This document shows positions 37,386 to 48,240 of a stretch of DNA of 64,000 bases, piece by piece; within the stretch, counting starts at the first letter, position 1; every line of letters begins with the position of its first letter. This DNA comes from Bacillota bacterium. GTDB taxonomy: Bacteria; Bacillota; Clostridia; Christensenellales; CAG-917. Position numbers and translations under genes: made by a program. Location of the stretch: the NCBI GenBank assembly GCA_023665365.1, contig JAMPEA010000001.1:83914-147913 (forward strand), read 5' to 3'. Below the pieces are notes generated by a model, which saw only the letters and a list, made by a program, of their open reading frames with translations, did not search any database and had not been told where the DNA came from.

Positions 37386-39026
37386 TTACTCGCTACGCTT
37401 CAAACTTCTGAAAGTATAACCCTCTTTCTGTCCTATGCGGATTTGCAAATTGAGTTGGTCGATAAACTCCTTATTAGACGAAGTTTTGACAATCATATTG
37501 ATGAGGTTTTCGGTAGCTTCGGCGTTGTCGGTGTTTGAAAGCATCTTTCTTATGCCCCAAGCCGCTTCGAGTTCGCTTGACGTAAGCAGGAGTTCCTCCT
37601 TGCGCGTACTGCTCTTTGCGAGGTCGATTGCAGGGAAGATGCGCTTTTCGGACAGTTTTCTATCAAGGTGGATTTCCATATTGCCTGTGCCCTTGAACTC
37701 CTCGAAGATAACGTCGTCCATACGACTGCCCGTCTCTACGAGCGCGGTTGCGATGATGGTAAGCGACCCGCCCTTATAATTTTTTTCGGGATTGGCTTCG
37801 AGATTTCGCGCCGAACCGAAGAAGCGCTTTGGGCTGTGGAGCGCGCCGGGGTCTATACCGCCCGACAGCGTTCTGCCAGTCGGCGGAATGGTGAGGTTGT
37901 ACGCGCGCGCGAGCCTTGTAAGACTGTCGAGCAAGATAACTACGTCCTTGCCGTTTTCCACAAGCCGCTTTGACCTTTCAAGCAACATTTCCGCGGTTTT
38001 GGTGTGGTGCTCGGGAAGCTCGTCGAAAGTGGAATATACCACCTCGCCTTTTATCGAGCGTTGCATATCCGTGACTTCTTCCGGACGCTCGTCGATGAGC
38101 AAAACTTTGAGCACAACGTCGGGATAGTTTTTTGAAATCGAGCCCGCAATCATTTTGAGGAGCGTAGTTTTACCTGCTTTTGGCGGAGACACTATTATAG
38201 CGCGCTGACCTTTGCCGACGGGAGATACGAGGTCGATACAGCGCATCGCGTACTCGCGCGGTTGATTGGATACTTCGAGGCGCAAGCGCGTTTGCGGATA
38301 CACGGGGGTTAGCGTATCGAAATTAGGACGGGCTTTGGCGTTTTCGACGGTATCGCCGTTTACGGAAATCACGTCGTAAAGCGGCGCAGGTTTGTTTTCG
38401 TCCTGACCTTTTCTGCAAAGCGCGACAACGTAGTCCCCCCTGCGCAAGCCGAACTGCCTTATCTTTGAGGAGCTGACGTATGCGTCGAGCTCGCAACACT
38501 CCCCGCTTTTGACTCTCAAAAAGCCGTAGTTATCGGGGTTGATTTCAAGATAGCCCTCGCGCGTAAACTCTCTGTCCTCTCTGAAAGCCGAGGTCGAACC
38601 GAACTCGTTGAGGTCCTGCACCTCGTCGGTGATGACGGATTTAAACTCAAAGTTGAAATCCGTCCTTTGGCGGGTATCTCTGCGCTCTCTGACGTTGCCG
38701 TCGTAAGGCTTGCGGACATAGGGCTTGCGCGGAGCGCTCGGGTCGAAGCTCGGCTTATACTCCTGCTTCTTTTCGGCGACATTGCCCGTCTTAGGCTCGA
38801 CATTTTTAGGCTCGCTATTTGAGCTGTCAGCACCCGTAAATTTTTTCGGACGTCCGACGCGCGGCGGGGTCGGCGGAGCCATCAGTCCGTTGGAAATTTT
38901 ATAAATCAAATCCATAAGTTCCGCCTTATTCAGCTTAGTAGGCGCAGACACTCCCACCTCTTTCGCAATGTGACGAACGTCGAAAATGCTCATTCTGTCA
39001 AGTTCTTGTTTTGTGTATTTATGCAT
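37386..39026 (-). CDS. rho: Transcription termination factor Rho with a roughly 115 aa N-terminal insertion domain
   Basis: 546 aa. [15 protein letters not shown] (Walker A), [25 protein letters not shown]. Confidence 0.95.
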   Translation of the reverse strand: MHKYTKQELDRMSIFDVRHIAKEVGVSAPTKLNKAELMDLIYKISNGLMAPPTPPRVGRPKKFTGADSSNSEPKNVEPKTGNVAEKKQEYKPSFDPSAPRKPYVRKPYDGNVRERRDTRQRTDFNFEFKSVITDEVQDLNEFGSTSAFREDREFTREGYLEINPDNYGFLRVKSGECCELDAYVSSSKIRQFGLRRGDYVVALCRKGQDENKPAPLYDVISVNGDTVENAKARPNFDTLTPVYPQTRLRLEVSNQPREYAMRCIDLVSPVGKGQRAIIVSPPKAGKTTLLKMIAGSISKNYPDVVLKVLLIDERPEEVTDMQRSIKGEVVYSTFDELPEHHTKTAEMLLERSKRLVENGKDVVILLDSLTRLARAYNLTIPPTGRTLSGGIDPGALHSPKRFFGSARNLEANPEKNYKGGSLTIIATALVETGSRMDDVIFEEFKGTGNMEIHLDRKLSEKRIFPAIDLAKSSTRKEELLLTSSELEAAWGIRKMLSNTDNAEATENLINMIVKTSSNKEFIDQLNLQIRIGQKEGYTFRSLKRSE

Positions 39027-39147
39027 AAAAGTCTCCTTTATATTTGATAGATTTAGTTAGCAAGTGTTTTTGAAAGTGCCTAAACGGCGAATTGCGGTAA
39101 TTTTCCCGCTTGCCCGAAACCGAGCAAACGGGTTTTAAAAAGTGAAA

Positions 39148-39801
39148 TTATTTATTGAGTTTTTCAAGGACGAGGACTTTTGTTTCCTCTCCGTCGAAAT
39201 CCGTCCTGTCGAACTCAACGGTTGCGCCGTCAGCGTATACGATATTTTCGTCATCGAACAGATTTAAAAACTCGCTCACCTTGTCAACGTCGAAATCGCA
39301 GTCCTTGGTTTTGTAGTGCATAGGGATAACGATGTCAGGCATGATGCGATCGACGTACTCCTTTGCCTGTTCTGCATCAATCGTATAGTTTCCGCCGACG
39401 GGTATCATAAGCACGTTGACAGGCATAAGCGTCTCCACCAAGAATGCATTGCACTCCTCGCCTATATCGCCTAAGTGGCATAGATCTACGCCGTCCATGC
39501 GATAGGTAAAGACAATATTGTCGCCGCGAAGCGCTCCCTTTTTATCGTCGTGAAAGGTGTGCCCTCCGAGTATATGCACGCCGCCTATTTCATATGCGCC
39601 CGCGCGGTTGAGCACCGTAGGATGCCCCAGCACGTTTTCGACATTATTGTGATCCGCGTGCGAATGACTTACGGTCACAATGTCGGCTTCGACCGTCGGC
39701 ATATCGTAACCTACGTTTGAGTGATAAGGGTCAGTCACAACAGTCGTACCTGTGCTTTCTTCAAGTTTGAACGATGAGTGGCCAAGCCAAGTGAGTTTCA
39801 C
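39148..39801 (-). CDS. MBL-fold metallo-hydrolase (UPF0173 family)
   Basis: 217 aa. MKLTWLGHSSFKLE, VSHSHADH. Confidence 0.85.
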   Translation of the reverse strand: MKLTWLGHSSFKLEESTGTTVVTDPYHSNVGYDMPTVEADIVTVSHSHADHNNVENVLGHPTVLNRAGAYEIGGVHILGGHTFHDDKKGALRGDNIVFTYRMDGVDLCHLGDIGEECNAFLVETLMPVNVLMIPVGGNYTIDAEQAKEYVDRIMPDIVIPMHYKTKDCDFDVDKVSEFLNLFDDENIVYADGATVEFDRTDFDGEETKVLVLEKLNK

Positions 39802-39825
39802 TGTAATCCTCCTTATTATCGCAAA

Positions 39826-40974
39826 TTATTTATTGAAATTAGCGACCAATTCTCTTATCTTCTGCGACGGGTCGAGCAGATTTGACACTGTCTCGTTGAA
39901 GTTTGCCGCCGCTATAATATAAGCGATATATTTTGATATGTCCGCCTCTACGAACCAGGGGCACTTACTGAGCTCGGGGATACGGTACGCGAGATTTGTT
40001 GACAGCACCGCGTCGAAAATCCCCTCCTCGTACGCCTTATTGAACTTGTCCACGCCCTCGGTGAACAGCGAGAACGTCGCCGCAAGGAATACGCGCTGAG
40101 CGCCCTTTTCCTTGATTTCCTTTGCGAGCTTCAAAATCGAATCTCCCGTGGCAATCATATCGTCGGCGACGAAAACGTCCATCCCGAGTACGGAACTTCC
40201 GATATACTCGTGCGCGACTATCGGATTTCTGCCGTTTACTATCGTGGAGTAATCGCGGCGCTTGTAGAACATTCCGAGGTCAAGCCCGAGCACGGAGGCG
40301 TAGAACACGTTTCTCGTCATTGCGCCCTCGTCGGGAGAGATGACCATCAAGTTGTTTTTGTCGAGTTTTATGTTCGGGAATTTTTTGACAAGCGATTTGA
40401 GTATCTGATAGTGCGCGAAGTAGTTGTCAAATCCCATACGCGGCACGGCGTTTTGCACTCTGGGGTCGTGCGCGTCGAAAGTGATAATGTCGCTTACGCC
40501 CATCATTTCGAGCTCTTGCAGCATCATGGCGCAATCGAGGGACTCTCTTGCGTTTCTGCGATGCTGACGACCGCCGTAAAGCATAGGCATTATGACTGTC
40601 ATACGCGCGGCTTTGCCCGTACAAGCGCAAATAAGACGCTTTAAGTTGGCAAAATGCTCGTCGGGAGTAAGCGGCACTTCTATGCCCATCATAGTGTATT
40701 TAACGCCGTGATTGGCGGGGTCGCAGATGAAATACAAGTCCTTTCCGCGAACTGTCTCGTATATCAAGCCCTTTGCGTCGCCGTTTGTAAAGCGGGGACA
40801 GTCCGACTTGATGATAAACGTATCCTTTTGAAGTTTTTTGCCCAGATGCGATTCGCTGAAAAGTTTTATGAGGCGATTGTCTATAAGTGTTGCGAGTTCC
40901 TCAGCGCCCGGCGTGGCGATAAGTGCGATAGGAGCGCTTGGTGTCTCTCCAAAAACAGAAAAATCCGGTGTCAT
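39826..40974 (-). CDS. prs: Ribose-phosphate pyrophosphokinase family protein (long form)
   Basis: 382 aa. The motifs DAHDPRVQN, VSPDEGA and VADDMIATGDSI (PRPP-binding loop) are present. Confidence 0.75.
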   Translation of the reverse strand: MTPDFSVFGETPSAPIALIATPGAEELATLIDNRLIKLFSESHLGKKLQKDTFIIKSDCPRFTNGDAKGLIYETVRGKDLYFICDPANHGVKYTMMGIEVPLTPDEHFANLKRLICACTGKAARMTVIMPMLYGGRQHRRNARESLDCAMMLQELEMMGVSDIITFDAHDPRVQNAVPRMGFDNYFAHYQILKSLVKKFPNIKLDKNNLMVISPDEGAMTRNVFYASVLGLDLGMFYKRRDYSTIVNGRNPIVAHEYIGSSVLGMDVFVADDMIATGDSILKLAKEIKEKGAQRVFLAATFSLFTEGVDKFNKAYEEGIFDAVLSTNLAYRIPELSKCPWFVEADISKYIAYIIAAANFNETVSNLLDPSQKIRELVANFNK

Positions 40975-41068
40975 TGGTTTCCTCCGAAAGTATGTATTGA
41001 GTATATCAAATAAACCAAATTAAAGCAATCATATTTTGCACGTTTGCGACGATTTTATATTATTAGAC

Positions 41069-42223
41069 TTAAAATTCCATTATTCGCACGAGTATGCTAT
41101 TCATCACAGCCATGCCCGCGCGGGTGAGCGAGGTATATCCATCGCGCGTAATAAAGTAGCCTTTGAGCTCGTCGGGAATTCTGCCGTCGAGATACGAGCT
41201 TTCCACCCCTCGCACGGTACGCAGACCGAGCATTATGCGCTCGTTGAAAACGTCCTTTTCGCTCAGCACGTTCATTTCGGCGCGAGGAATACCCATAAAA
41301 GCGCCCGCGCAGTTTATGCCCGCGATATAGGCGTTTATGTCCTTTGGATGCGCAAAGCGGATATGCGCGTTAAGCGGCTTTTGACCGTCGGAAGTCTTTA
41401 TATACGAGTGCGCTCCCGCTCCGAAACCGAGATACTCCTCGCCCGACCAATATCCGAAGTTATGCAAACTTTCTCTGCCCTCTCTTGCGAAGTTGGACAC
41501 CTCGTATTTGTCAAGCCCCGATGAGGAAAGCGCGCTTTCGACGATTTCGAGCATATCGGCGACCTCGTCGTCGCTCGGCAGAAGCACTCTGCCCTCGTCA
41601 ACTCTCTCGGCGAGCGGCGTGCCCTTTTCGAGGGTGAGCGCGTAGACGGACATATGCCGTACAAGCGGAGCGAGCGTAAGCGCCTCGTCTTTGACAATCT
41701 CCTCCGTATCGTAAGGCAAGCCGACTATAATATCGCAGGACACGTTGTCGAAATATTCGTTTGCGAGCTTGATTTTTTCAATCGCTTGCGCGCTGTCGTG
41801 CAAGCGTCCGACGGATTTCAAATTTCTGTCGTTGAGGCTTTGTACGCCTATACTTATGCGGTTAATCCCGACTTCTCTGTAAGCCGCGAGTTTGTCGGCG
41901 TCTATGCTTTCGGGATTGCACTCAATCGTAAACTCGCGCACGGTTGACAAATCGAAACTCTCGTCAAGCGCGCGACGGATACTTGCAATTCGCTTCGCGT
42001 CGAGCATACTCGGCGTGCCACCGCCTATATAGACCGTATCTATTTTCGCCTTGGAGTACGCCTCGCCTGCAAAGCGTATCTCACGGTTGAGAGCGGCGAG
42101 ATAGCTGAAAACAGTCCCCTCGTCCGCGCCCGCTAAGGAGTTGAAGTCGCAATATCGACACTTTGATTTGCAAAACGGAAGATGAATATATATCTGCATA
42201 GCCCTATTTTCTAATACGCGCAA
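41069..42223 (-). CDS. hemW: Radical SAM heme chaperone HemW (coproporphyrinogen III oxidase-like)
   Basis: 384 aa with IYIHLPFCKSKCRYCDF. The lepA-hemW adjacency is conserved. Confidence 0.9.
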   Translation of the reverse strand: MRVLENRAMQIYIHLPFCKSKCRYCDFNSLAGADEGTVFSYLAALNREIRFAGEAYSKAKIDTVYIGGGTPSMLDAKRIASIRRALDESFDLSTVREFTIECNPESIDADKLAAYREVGINRISIGVQSLNDRNLKSVGRLHDSAQAIEKIKLANEYFDNVSCDIIVGLPYDTEEIVKDEALTLAPLVRHMSVYALTLEKGTPLAERVDEGRVLLPSDDEVADMLEIVESALSSSGLDKYEVSNFAREGRESLHNFGYWSGEEYLGFGAGAHSYIKTSDGQKPLNAHIRFAHPKDINAYIAGINCAGAFMGIPRAEMNVLSEKDVFNERIMLGLRTVRGVESSYLDGRIPDELKGYFITRDGYTSLTRAGMAVMNSILVRIMEF

Positions 42224-42240
42224 AATTCGCCGATACAGCG

Positions 42241-44037
42241 TCAGTTGTCTATTTTAAGTATAGATATAAACGCCTCGCTCGGCACCTCGACCGAGCCGAC
42301 CTTGCGCATACGTTTTTTGCCCTCTTTTTGTTTTTCGAGGAGTTTTTTCTTTCTCGTAATATCGCCGCCGTAGCACTTTGCAAGCACGTCTTTTCTCATA
42401 GCCTTGACGGTCTCGCGCGCTATGATTTTGCCGCCGACTGTCGCCTGAATGGGAATTTCAAACAGTTGACGAGGGATAACGTCTTTGAGCTTTTCCGCGA
42501 TGCCGCGCCCGCGCGAATAGGCGTTATCTCTGTGCACAATTATCGAAAGCGCGTCGCAAACGTCGCCGTTTATCATCATATCGAGGCGCACGAGGTCGCT
42601 TTTGTCGTAGCCGTCGGGTTCGTAATCGAGCGACGCGTACCCTCGCGTGCGCGATTTGAGGCTGTCGAAAAAGTCGTACACTATCTCGTTGAGGGGCATT
42701 CTGTATATAAGTTGTACGCGCGTGGGGTCGATATAGGACATATCCACGAAAATCCCGCGCTTGCCCTGGCAAAGTTCCATAATCGCGCCGACGTATTCGG
42801 GCGGCGTAAACAGCTTTGCCGCGACCATAGGTTCTTCGATATAGTCGATTTCAGAGGTGTTGGGCAAAGCGGTCGGATTTGCGATAACCAGTTTTTCGCC
42901 GTTTGTCTTATAGACGTTGTACGACACGCTCGGAGCGGTCGTAATGAGGTCGAGGTCAAATTCTCTTTCAAGCCTTTCCTCTATAATTTCCATATGCAGA
43001 AGTCCGAGAAATCCGCAACGGAAGCCGAAGCCGAGCGCACTCGACACCTCGGGCTCGAAGCTGAGCGACGCGTCGTTGAGTTGCAATTTTAAAAGCGCTT
43101 CCTTTAAATCGTCGTATCTTGCGCCGTCGGCGGGAAATACGCCTGTAAATACCATCGACGTAGCCTTTTTATAACCGGGGAGCGGCTCTGCCGCGGGATT
43201 GTCCGCATTTGTTATAGTATCGCCTACTGCGGTGTCGCTCACGTTTTTGATACTGCCGGCGATATATCCGACTTCGCCCGCGCTCAAACCCGCGCAAGCT
43301 ATCATATGCGGCGAAAAGTACCCGACTTCGACCACTTCAAACACCTTGCCCGAGGACATCATCTTGATTTTGTCCCCCTCTTTGACCTTGCCGTCCACGA
43401 TGCGCACCATCGAAATCGCGCCGCGATAGTTGTCGTAAAAGCTGTCGAATATGAGCGCTTTAAGCGGAGCGTCGTCATCGCCCGACGGAGGCGGCAATTT
43501 GTCGATAATCTGACCTATGAGGTCGTCTACGCCTAAGCCGACCTTTGCCGATACAAGAGGGCAACCGTCGGTATCGAGACCTATAATATCCTCTATTTCG
43601 AGCTTTACGTTGTCAACGTCGGCGGAGGGCAAATCTATCTTGTTTATGACAGGCAAGATTTCAAGGTTGTTTTCAAGCGCGAGATATACGTTTGAAAGCG
43701 TTTGCGCCTCTACACCCTGCGACGCGTCTACGACGAGTAGCGCTCCCTCGCACGCGGCGAGCGAACGCGATACTTCGTAGGTGAAGTCCACGTGCCCCGG
43801 CGTATCTATGAGGTTGAGGACGTACTCCTCGTCATTGTGCTTATAATAGAGTCTGCAAGTTTGAAGTTTGATTGTGATGCCGCGCTCGCGCTCGATGTCC
43901 ATATTATCGAGCAACTGGTTTTCCATTTCGCGCTCGCTGACAGTGCCCGTCTTTTCGATCAGTCTGTCGGCAAGCGTACTCTTGCCGTGGTCGATATGGG
44001 CTATTATAGAAAAATTTCTGATATGTTTTTTGTCCAA
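42241..44037 (-). CDS. lepA: Translation elongation factor 4 (LepA)
   Basis: 598 aa. [34 protein letters not shown]-terminal LepA domain. Confidence 0.96.
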   Translation of the reverse strand: MDKKHIRNFSIIAHIDHGKSTLADRLIEKTGTVSEREMENQLLDNMDIERERGITIKLQTCRLYYKHNDEEYVLNLIDTPGHVDFTYEVSRSLAACEGALLVVDASQGVEAQTLSNVYLALENNLEILPVINKIDLPSADVDNVKLEIEDIIGLDTDGCPLVSAKVGLGVDDLIGQIIDKLPPPSGDDDAPLKALIFDSFYDNYRGAISMVRIVDGKVKEGDKIKMMSSGKVFEVVEVGYFSPHMIACAGLSAGEVGYIAGSIKNVSDTAVGDTITNADNPAAEPLPGYKKATSMVFTGVFPADGARYDDLKEALLKLQLNDASLSFEPEVSSALGFGFRCGFLGLLHMEIIEERLEREFDLDLITTAPSVSYNVYKTNGEKLVIANPTALPNTSEIDYIEEPMVAAKLFTPPEYVGAIMELCQGKRGIFVDMSYIDPTRVQLIYRMPLNEIVYDFFDSLKSRTRGYASLDYEPDGYDKSDLVRLDMMINGDVCDALSIIVHRDNAYSRGRGIAEKLKDVIPRQLFEIPIQATVGGKIIARETVKAMRKDVLAKCYGGDITRKKKLLEKQKEGKKRMRKVGSVEVPSEAFISILKIDN

Positions 44038-44173
44038 AAGGCACCTCTTTATAAAAGGTCACGGATAAATTTCCGCGCGAATATAATTGATTAGTTAAAA
44101 AAACTATTGACTTTATTATAATGTAAGAATAAAATTTTATCAACAGAATGAAATAAATTATGGGGGTAAAGTT

Positions 44174-44959
44174 ATGAATTTTCAATGGCTTTTCGACAGA
44201 CCTATATCCCACCGCGGTTTGCACGACGCCGAGTATCCCGAAAACAGCCTGCCCGCGTTTGCAAAGGCGGTTGAACACGGTTTTAATATCGAAATCGACG
44301 TGCATCTCACAAAGGATAAGCATCTTGTCATCTTTCACGACACAAATCTGAAACGCGTATGCGGAGTAAAAAAGGCGTTGAAGAAATGCACTCTCGCGGA
44401 GCTTAAAACGTATAGGCTTTGCGGCACGGAATACACTATTCCGACCTTGGAGGAGTTTTTGCAACTCGTAGACGGAAAAGTCGGCATACTGTGCGAAATC
44501 AAAGGCGTAAATCCCTGTGACCACTCGATTGTGAAAGCCACTATCAAGGCGCTCGAAAATTACAAAGGCAATATTGCCCTGCAATCTTTCAACTTCGGCG
44601 CAGTCAAGTATGCTCGCAAACATTGCGACCTTCCTGTCGGAGGTTTGTACACTTGGTGCTCGCCGAGTACGAAAAATCCGAGATGGTGCCTGTCGGCTTG
44701 GATGGGCAAACTTTGGCTCGTGCGTTCGACAAAGGCGCAATTCATCTCCTACGACGTTCGCGCTTGCGCTTCCAACCTCTCTGAAAACAAGTGGTTGAAA
44801 AAATGGTCGAAAAAGCTCCCCGTCATAAATTGGACGGTTGACACAAAAGAACGCGTTGCGGACGCTCAAAAGTATGCCAACAACATGATTTTCGAGTATC
44901 TCGATCCCGCTTACGTCGAGGAGTGCGTCGGGACTTTCAGACCGCTCGACGTTGAATAA
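44174..44959 (+). CDS. Glycerophosphodiester phosphodiesterase family protein
   Basis: 261 aa. HRGLHD..ENSLPAF, IEIDVHLTKDKHLVIFHD. Confidence 0.8.
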   Translation: MNFQWLFDRPISHRGLHDAEYPENSLPAFAKAVEHGFNIEIDVHLTKDKHLVIFHDTNLKRVCGVKKALKKCTLAELKTYRLCGTEYTIPTLEEFLQLVDGKVGILCEIKGVNPCDHSIVKATIKALENYKGNIALQSFNFGAVKYARKHCDLPVGGLYTWCSPSTKNPRWCLSAWMGKLWLVRSTKAQFISYDVRACASNLSENKWLKKWSKKLPVINWTVDTKERVADAQKYANNMIFEYLDPAYVEECVGTFRPLDVE

Positions 44960-45014
44960 CGAATAAGTTGAATAAAATTATTTAGATTATTTATACATAT
45001 ATATAATTCTAATA

Positions 45015-45039
45015 TAAAAGCGCGCCATCGGCGCGCTTT
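45015..45039. terminator. Bidirectional terminator (GDPD gene on +, large membrane protein gene on -)
   Basis: AAAAGCGCGCC-ATC-GGCGCGCTTTT. Confidence 0.75.
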
Positions 45040-45085
45040 TATATTAGGAGACACTTCAAAATGAAATAGTAAATGTTTTTGTCAG

Positions 45086-47272
45086 TTAGTCGTTTGAGGC
45101 GACCTTTTTGGATTTCAGCTTTGCAAGGAGCGATTTTACGCTCTTTTTGACTGTGGCGACAAACGGCTCGTTCATAGCCCTGATGTCTACGATTTTCGAG
45201 TTGTTTGTAATCGAATACGTCACGTACACGTAGTAGCCGGTAAGCAAAACGGTAAATACGCAGAACGTGATATAGAACGCGTTCGTAGTCTCGTAGTTGA
45301 GCACCGCAGTAGTCGAAGCCCCCGGAATGAGATTGCTTTGGCTGAGCAACTGCGCTATATCGAGGAAGCCGAGCGCGGAGTATCCGCCGATGATGCCGTA
45401 CATTCTTCTGTCGCCGCTTATCATCGTGTAGATTATCGCAAACGCGAGCGAGAGGAAGAGATAGGTATAATCCACTTTGAGCGTAAACACCGCGATGACC
45501 GCAAGCGCAAACGATGCGAGCAAAATCAACTCCTGCTTATTGCGGTTTTTGAAATACAGCGAGATGACGTACGCTTCGAGCACAAGCAAGAATATGAGAT
45601 TGAGTATATTCACGCCCACCTGCGCTATTGCCTTGCCGTTCATAGCGACCATGCCGTAGAGGTTGAACGCATTCTTGACGAAGTAGGTCGTCTTTGTAAT
45701 TTGATTGACAATCGTCTTGAAGTTGTAAAACGCGTCCCCCGCCGCGATTTGGTGAATGCCGACCGGCAAAGTCAAAAGATACGCGAGCACAAACGAACCT
45801 ACAAGCCCAAATACAATCATCGCCCTGTTTGCCGTGAATTTGCGAATATCGCCGTTGTCCTTGATATATCTGTACACAAAGTACGCGACAACGATAGGCG
45901 CAAGCGCAAGCGCTCTGACGTCGAGCACGCTCGCAAGCGTCATCAAAAGATAGGTCGGCAGATACTTCTTTTCGACCATAAGAATTATCGCGGCAAGCAA
46001 CAGCGCAACGAGCAAAGCGTCAAACGTGCCGTTAATTCCGCTCATCGTAAACACGAACGGGAGCGCCGCATACAGCGCGGCATAGACAGTCGAAAGTTTA
46101 TTTCCCACGTACTTCCTGCCGTAGAAATATATCATCAGCACGACCGCCATATCCGCGAGCACGTTGATAAATCTGATGAGTATCGACATCGAGTTGACGT
46201 CGAGATTTGCGCCCATCGCGCCCAATATCGTAAGGATATATAGACTGCCCGCCGACATCGTAGACGCGCCGAGACTCGATTGCGCGGTATAGTTTTCAAA
46301 GAAGCCCATAACCCCGTGCGAGCCGAGCCATTTAGAAGCGGTGACGATATTTGCCATATCGCCGCCCATTCCGAACGTGGTAAGCAACAGTATAAGTCTG
46401 ATAAGGAACGCGCCTATCGCAAGCGCCGCGGCTATCAACAAGCAATTTTGATACCACTTTTTAGCGGAAACAATCTGTCTCTTCGGCGAGACGTAGGTAT
46501 CGGCTACGCAACCGAAATCCGCAAAAGCGTCGCGTCTTGCGTAAATGCGTCTGACGATGACGTAAACTGCGATTATAATAGCGACGGTGGCAAGCGTGAG
46601 CAGCACCACAAAGCAGATGCCGCTTACCGTCGAAGTCGAAACGACCGTCCTTGCCTTGCGGAAGTCGTATACTTTCTTGCCGTCGGGAATAGAACTCTTT
46701 TCTACCCTCGTGACGGATACGTTGTCAAATCTCGCCGTGCCCGAGCAACCCTCTTCCTCAGTGCCGAGGCAAAGCGCGACGGTAAGGTAGTCCGTATTTT
46801 TCGGACGCACGTAGAACGTGTAGGTTTGAAAGCCGTCCGTCTTTTCGGTTTGATACTGGAATTTATTTTCGGTATTCTCCAAAAACGAAATGTACGCGCC
46901 GTAGTTGCTTCCGCTCAAACTGTCGTTCAAGCGCAAGTCGAAGCTGACCTTGTAGTAGCAGTTTCTGTCAACGGCTATCGTCTGTTTGAGGTAGGAATAC
47001 GTCCTCGACGAGTTTACTATATACATATAGAAGTCTTCGTTCTCGCCCGTATCGCTCCTCGTGCCCTTATAATAGGTGACGGAACTTGAAGACAGCGACC
47101 AATCGTCAAAATGGATTTTGTTGTCGGAAAGTTCCGTATATTGGGAAAAATCGCCGTTTTTAATAAGTTCCTCGCCGATTTCGGTTGACGCATTGTTGCA
47201 CGCAGTGAATGCGAAAAGTGCCAGCACGAGAGCCAGCACCAACGCACTTATCAAAATGAGTCTTTTTTTCAT
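45086..47272 (-). CDS. Lipoprotein-signal protein with an N-terminal CBM-like jelly-roll domain fused to a multi-pass (about 12+ TM) domain; possible GT-C-type glycosyltransferase
   Basis: 728 aa with a lipobox FAFTAC. ELIKNGDFS...ARFDNVSV resembles CBM4/9-type modules. About 500 aa of TM helices follow. The family assignment is tentative. Confidence 0.55.
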   Translation of the reverse strand: MKKRLILISALVLALVLALFAFTACNNASTEIGEELIKNGDFSQYTELSDNKIHFDDWSLSSSSVTYYKGTRSDTGENEDFYMYIVNSSRTYSYLKQTIAVDRNCYYKVSFDLRLNDSLSGSNYGAYISFLENTENKFQYQTEKTDGFQTYTFYVRPKNTDYLTVALCLGTEEEGCSGTARFDNVSVTRVEKSSIPDGKKVYDFRKARTVVSTSTVSGICFVVLLTLATVAIIIAVYVIVRRIYARRDAFADFGCVADTYVSPKRQIVSAKKWYQNCLLIAAALAIGAFLIRLILLLTTFGMGGDMANIVTASKWLGSHGVMGFFENYTAQSSLGASTMSAGSLYILTILGAMGANLDVNSMSILIRFINVLADMAVVLMIYFYGRKYVGNKLSTVYAALYAALPFVFTMSGINGTFDALLVALLLAAIILMVEKKYLPTYLLMTLASVLDVRALALAPIVVAYFVYRYIKDNGDIRKFTANRAMIVFGLVGSFVLAYLLTLPVGIHQIAAGDAFYNFKTIVNQITKTTYFVKNAFNLYGMVAMNGKAIAQVGVNILNLIFLLVLEAYVISLYFKNRNKQELILLASFALAVIAVFTLKVDYTYLFLSLAFAIIYTMISGDRRMYGIIGGYSALGFLDIAQLLSQSNLIPGASTTAVLNYETTNAFYITFCVFTVLLTGYYVYVTYSITNNSKIVDIRAMNEPFVATVKKSVKSLLAKLKSKKVASND

Positions 47273-47297
47273 CTGACAGTCCTTTGAAAACCCAAAC

Positions 47298-47639
47298 TCA
47301 GTTGGTTTCTTTGAGCTTTGCCGCCTTGCCCGTTCTGCTTCTCAAATAATAGAGTTTGGAGCGACGCACTTTGCCATGACGGACGACTTGAATACTATCT
47401 ATTTTCGGCGAATGAAGCGGGAACGTTCTCTCAACGCCTACGCCGAACGTGACGCGGCGCACGACGATTGTTTCGCGGATACCGCCGTTCTTCCTTGCGA
47501 TGACGATGCCCTCGTAGGTTTGAATACGTTCTTTTTCGCCTTCTTTGACTTTTACGTTGACCTTAACTTGGTCGCCGATAGCGATTTGGGGCAAATCCTT
47601 TTTCATACCCTCTTGTTCGATTTGGTCGATAATGTTCAT
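47298..47639 (-). CDS. rplS: 50S ribosomal protein L19
   Basis: [34 protein letters not shown]..., with AGGAGG upstream of ATG 47639. The track start at 47666 is too early. Confidence 0.95.
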   Translation of the reverse strand: MNIIDQIEQEGMKKDLPQIAIGDQVKVNVKVKEGEKERIQTYEGIVIARKNGGIRETIVVRRVTFGVGVERTFPLHSPKIDSIQVVRHGKVRRSKLYYLRSRTGKAAKLKETN

Positions 47640-47743
47640 TTGACTACCTCCTGATTTACGCAACATTCTTACACAAGTATCTCTTGCCAGCGGAATATCC
47701 GAGTCATGCGTGTTATATTACCACAAATTATCGCGCAAGACAA
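47640..47743 (-). promoter_or_regulatory. rplS promoter (TTGTCT-17-TGgTAATAT) and a roughly 65 nt structured leader (possible L19 autoregulatory leader)
   Basis: -35 at 47743..47738 and -10 at 47720..47715. The leader has ACGCA...UGCGU and CAAG-AGAUA-CUUG pairings just before the SD. Confidence 0.35.
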
Positions 47744-47827
47744 CTAAATATTGCCTATTTTATAAGAAATATCTTTATTTTAATATAAAAATATACAAAA
47801 TTTTAAAAATCAATGGTCATTTACAAT

Positions 47828-48214
47828 TCAAAATCTCTTTCGCGGATACTTGGCGTCGCCCTCGTCAAACGCGTTTTCTATGTGATTTATCCCGCTTTCG
47901 CCGACCTCGATAACGTCGAAGCGCAGGTTTTTATTGACATTTGCAAGCCGCGCAAGATACGCCTTTGCCGCCCTCACGTAGCGCCCGATTTTATAAGGAG
48001 TGACCGCCTCCGCCGCGCTTCCGTAAGCGCTGTCGTAGCGCGTCTTGACTTCGCAAAAAACAATTGTGCGGCATTTGTCCTTGGCTTCGCAAATTATATC
48101 GATTTCCGTGCCGCAAATCTTGACATTGCGCTCCAAAATGCGGTAGCCTTTCTTCTTTAATAAATTCACCGCAATATCTTCGCCTATGTTTCCTACAAAA
48201 GTCGTGTTTTTCAT
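47828..48214 (-). CDS. yraN: YraN family endonuclease (UPF0102)
   Basis: 128 aa. GEDIAVNLLKKKGYRILERN...EIDIIC...VFCEVKTR. Confidence 0.88.
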   Translation of the reverse strand: MKNTTFVGNIGEDIAVNLLKKKGYRILERNVKICGTEIDIICEAKDKCRTIVFCEVKTRYDSAYGSAAEAVTPYKIGRYVRAAKAYLARLANVNKNLRFDVIEVGESGINHIENAFDEGDAKYPRKRF

Positions 48215-48240
48215 AATTTCGGTTATCTAATCGACTAAAT

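Noticed and set aside
39075-39110. Hairpin CCCGCTTGC-N10-GCAAACGGG between the MBL-hydrolase gene and rho, considered as a terminator
   Set aside because: On the transcribed (minus) strand it is not followed by a U tract. Its function as a terminator or as an autoregulatory element in the rho leader cannot be supported from sequence alone.
43904-44869. 321 aa minus-strand ORF
   Set aside because: It is antisense to the well-supported GDPD gene and overlaps the lepA 5' end. It has no motif and no SD.
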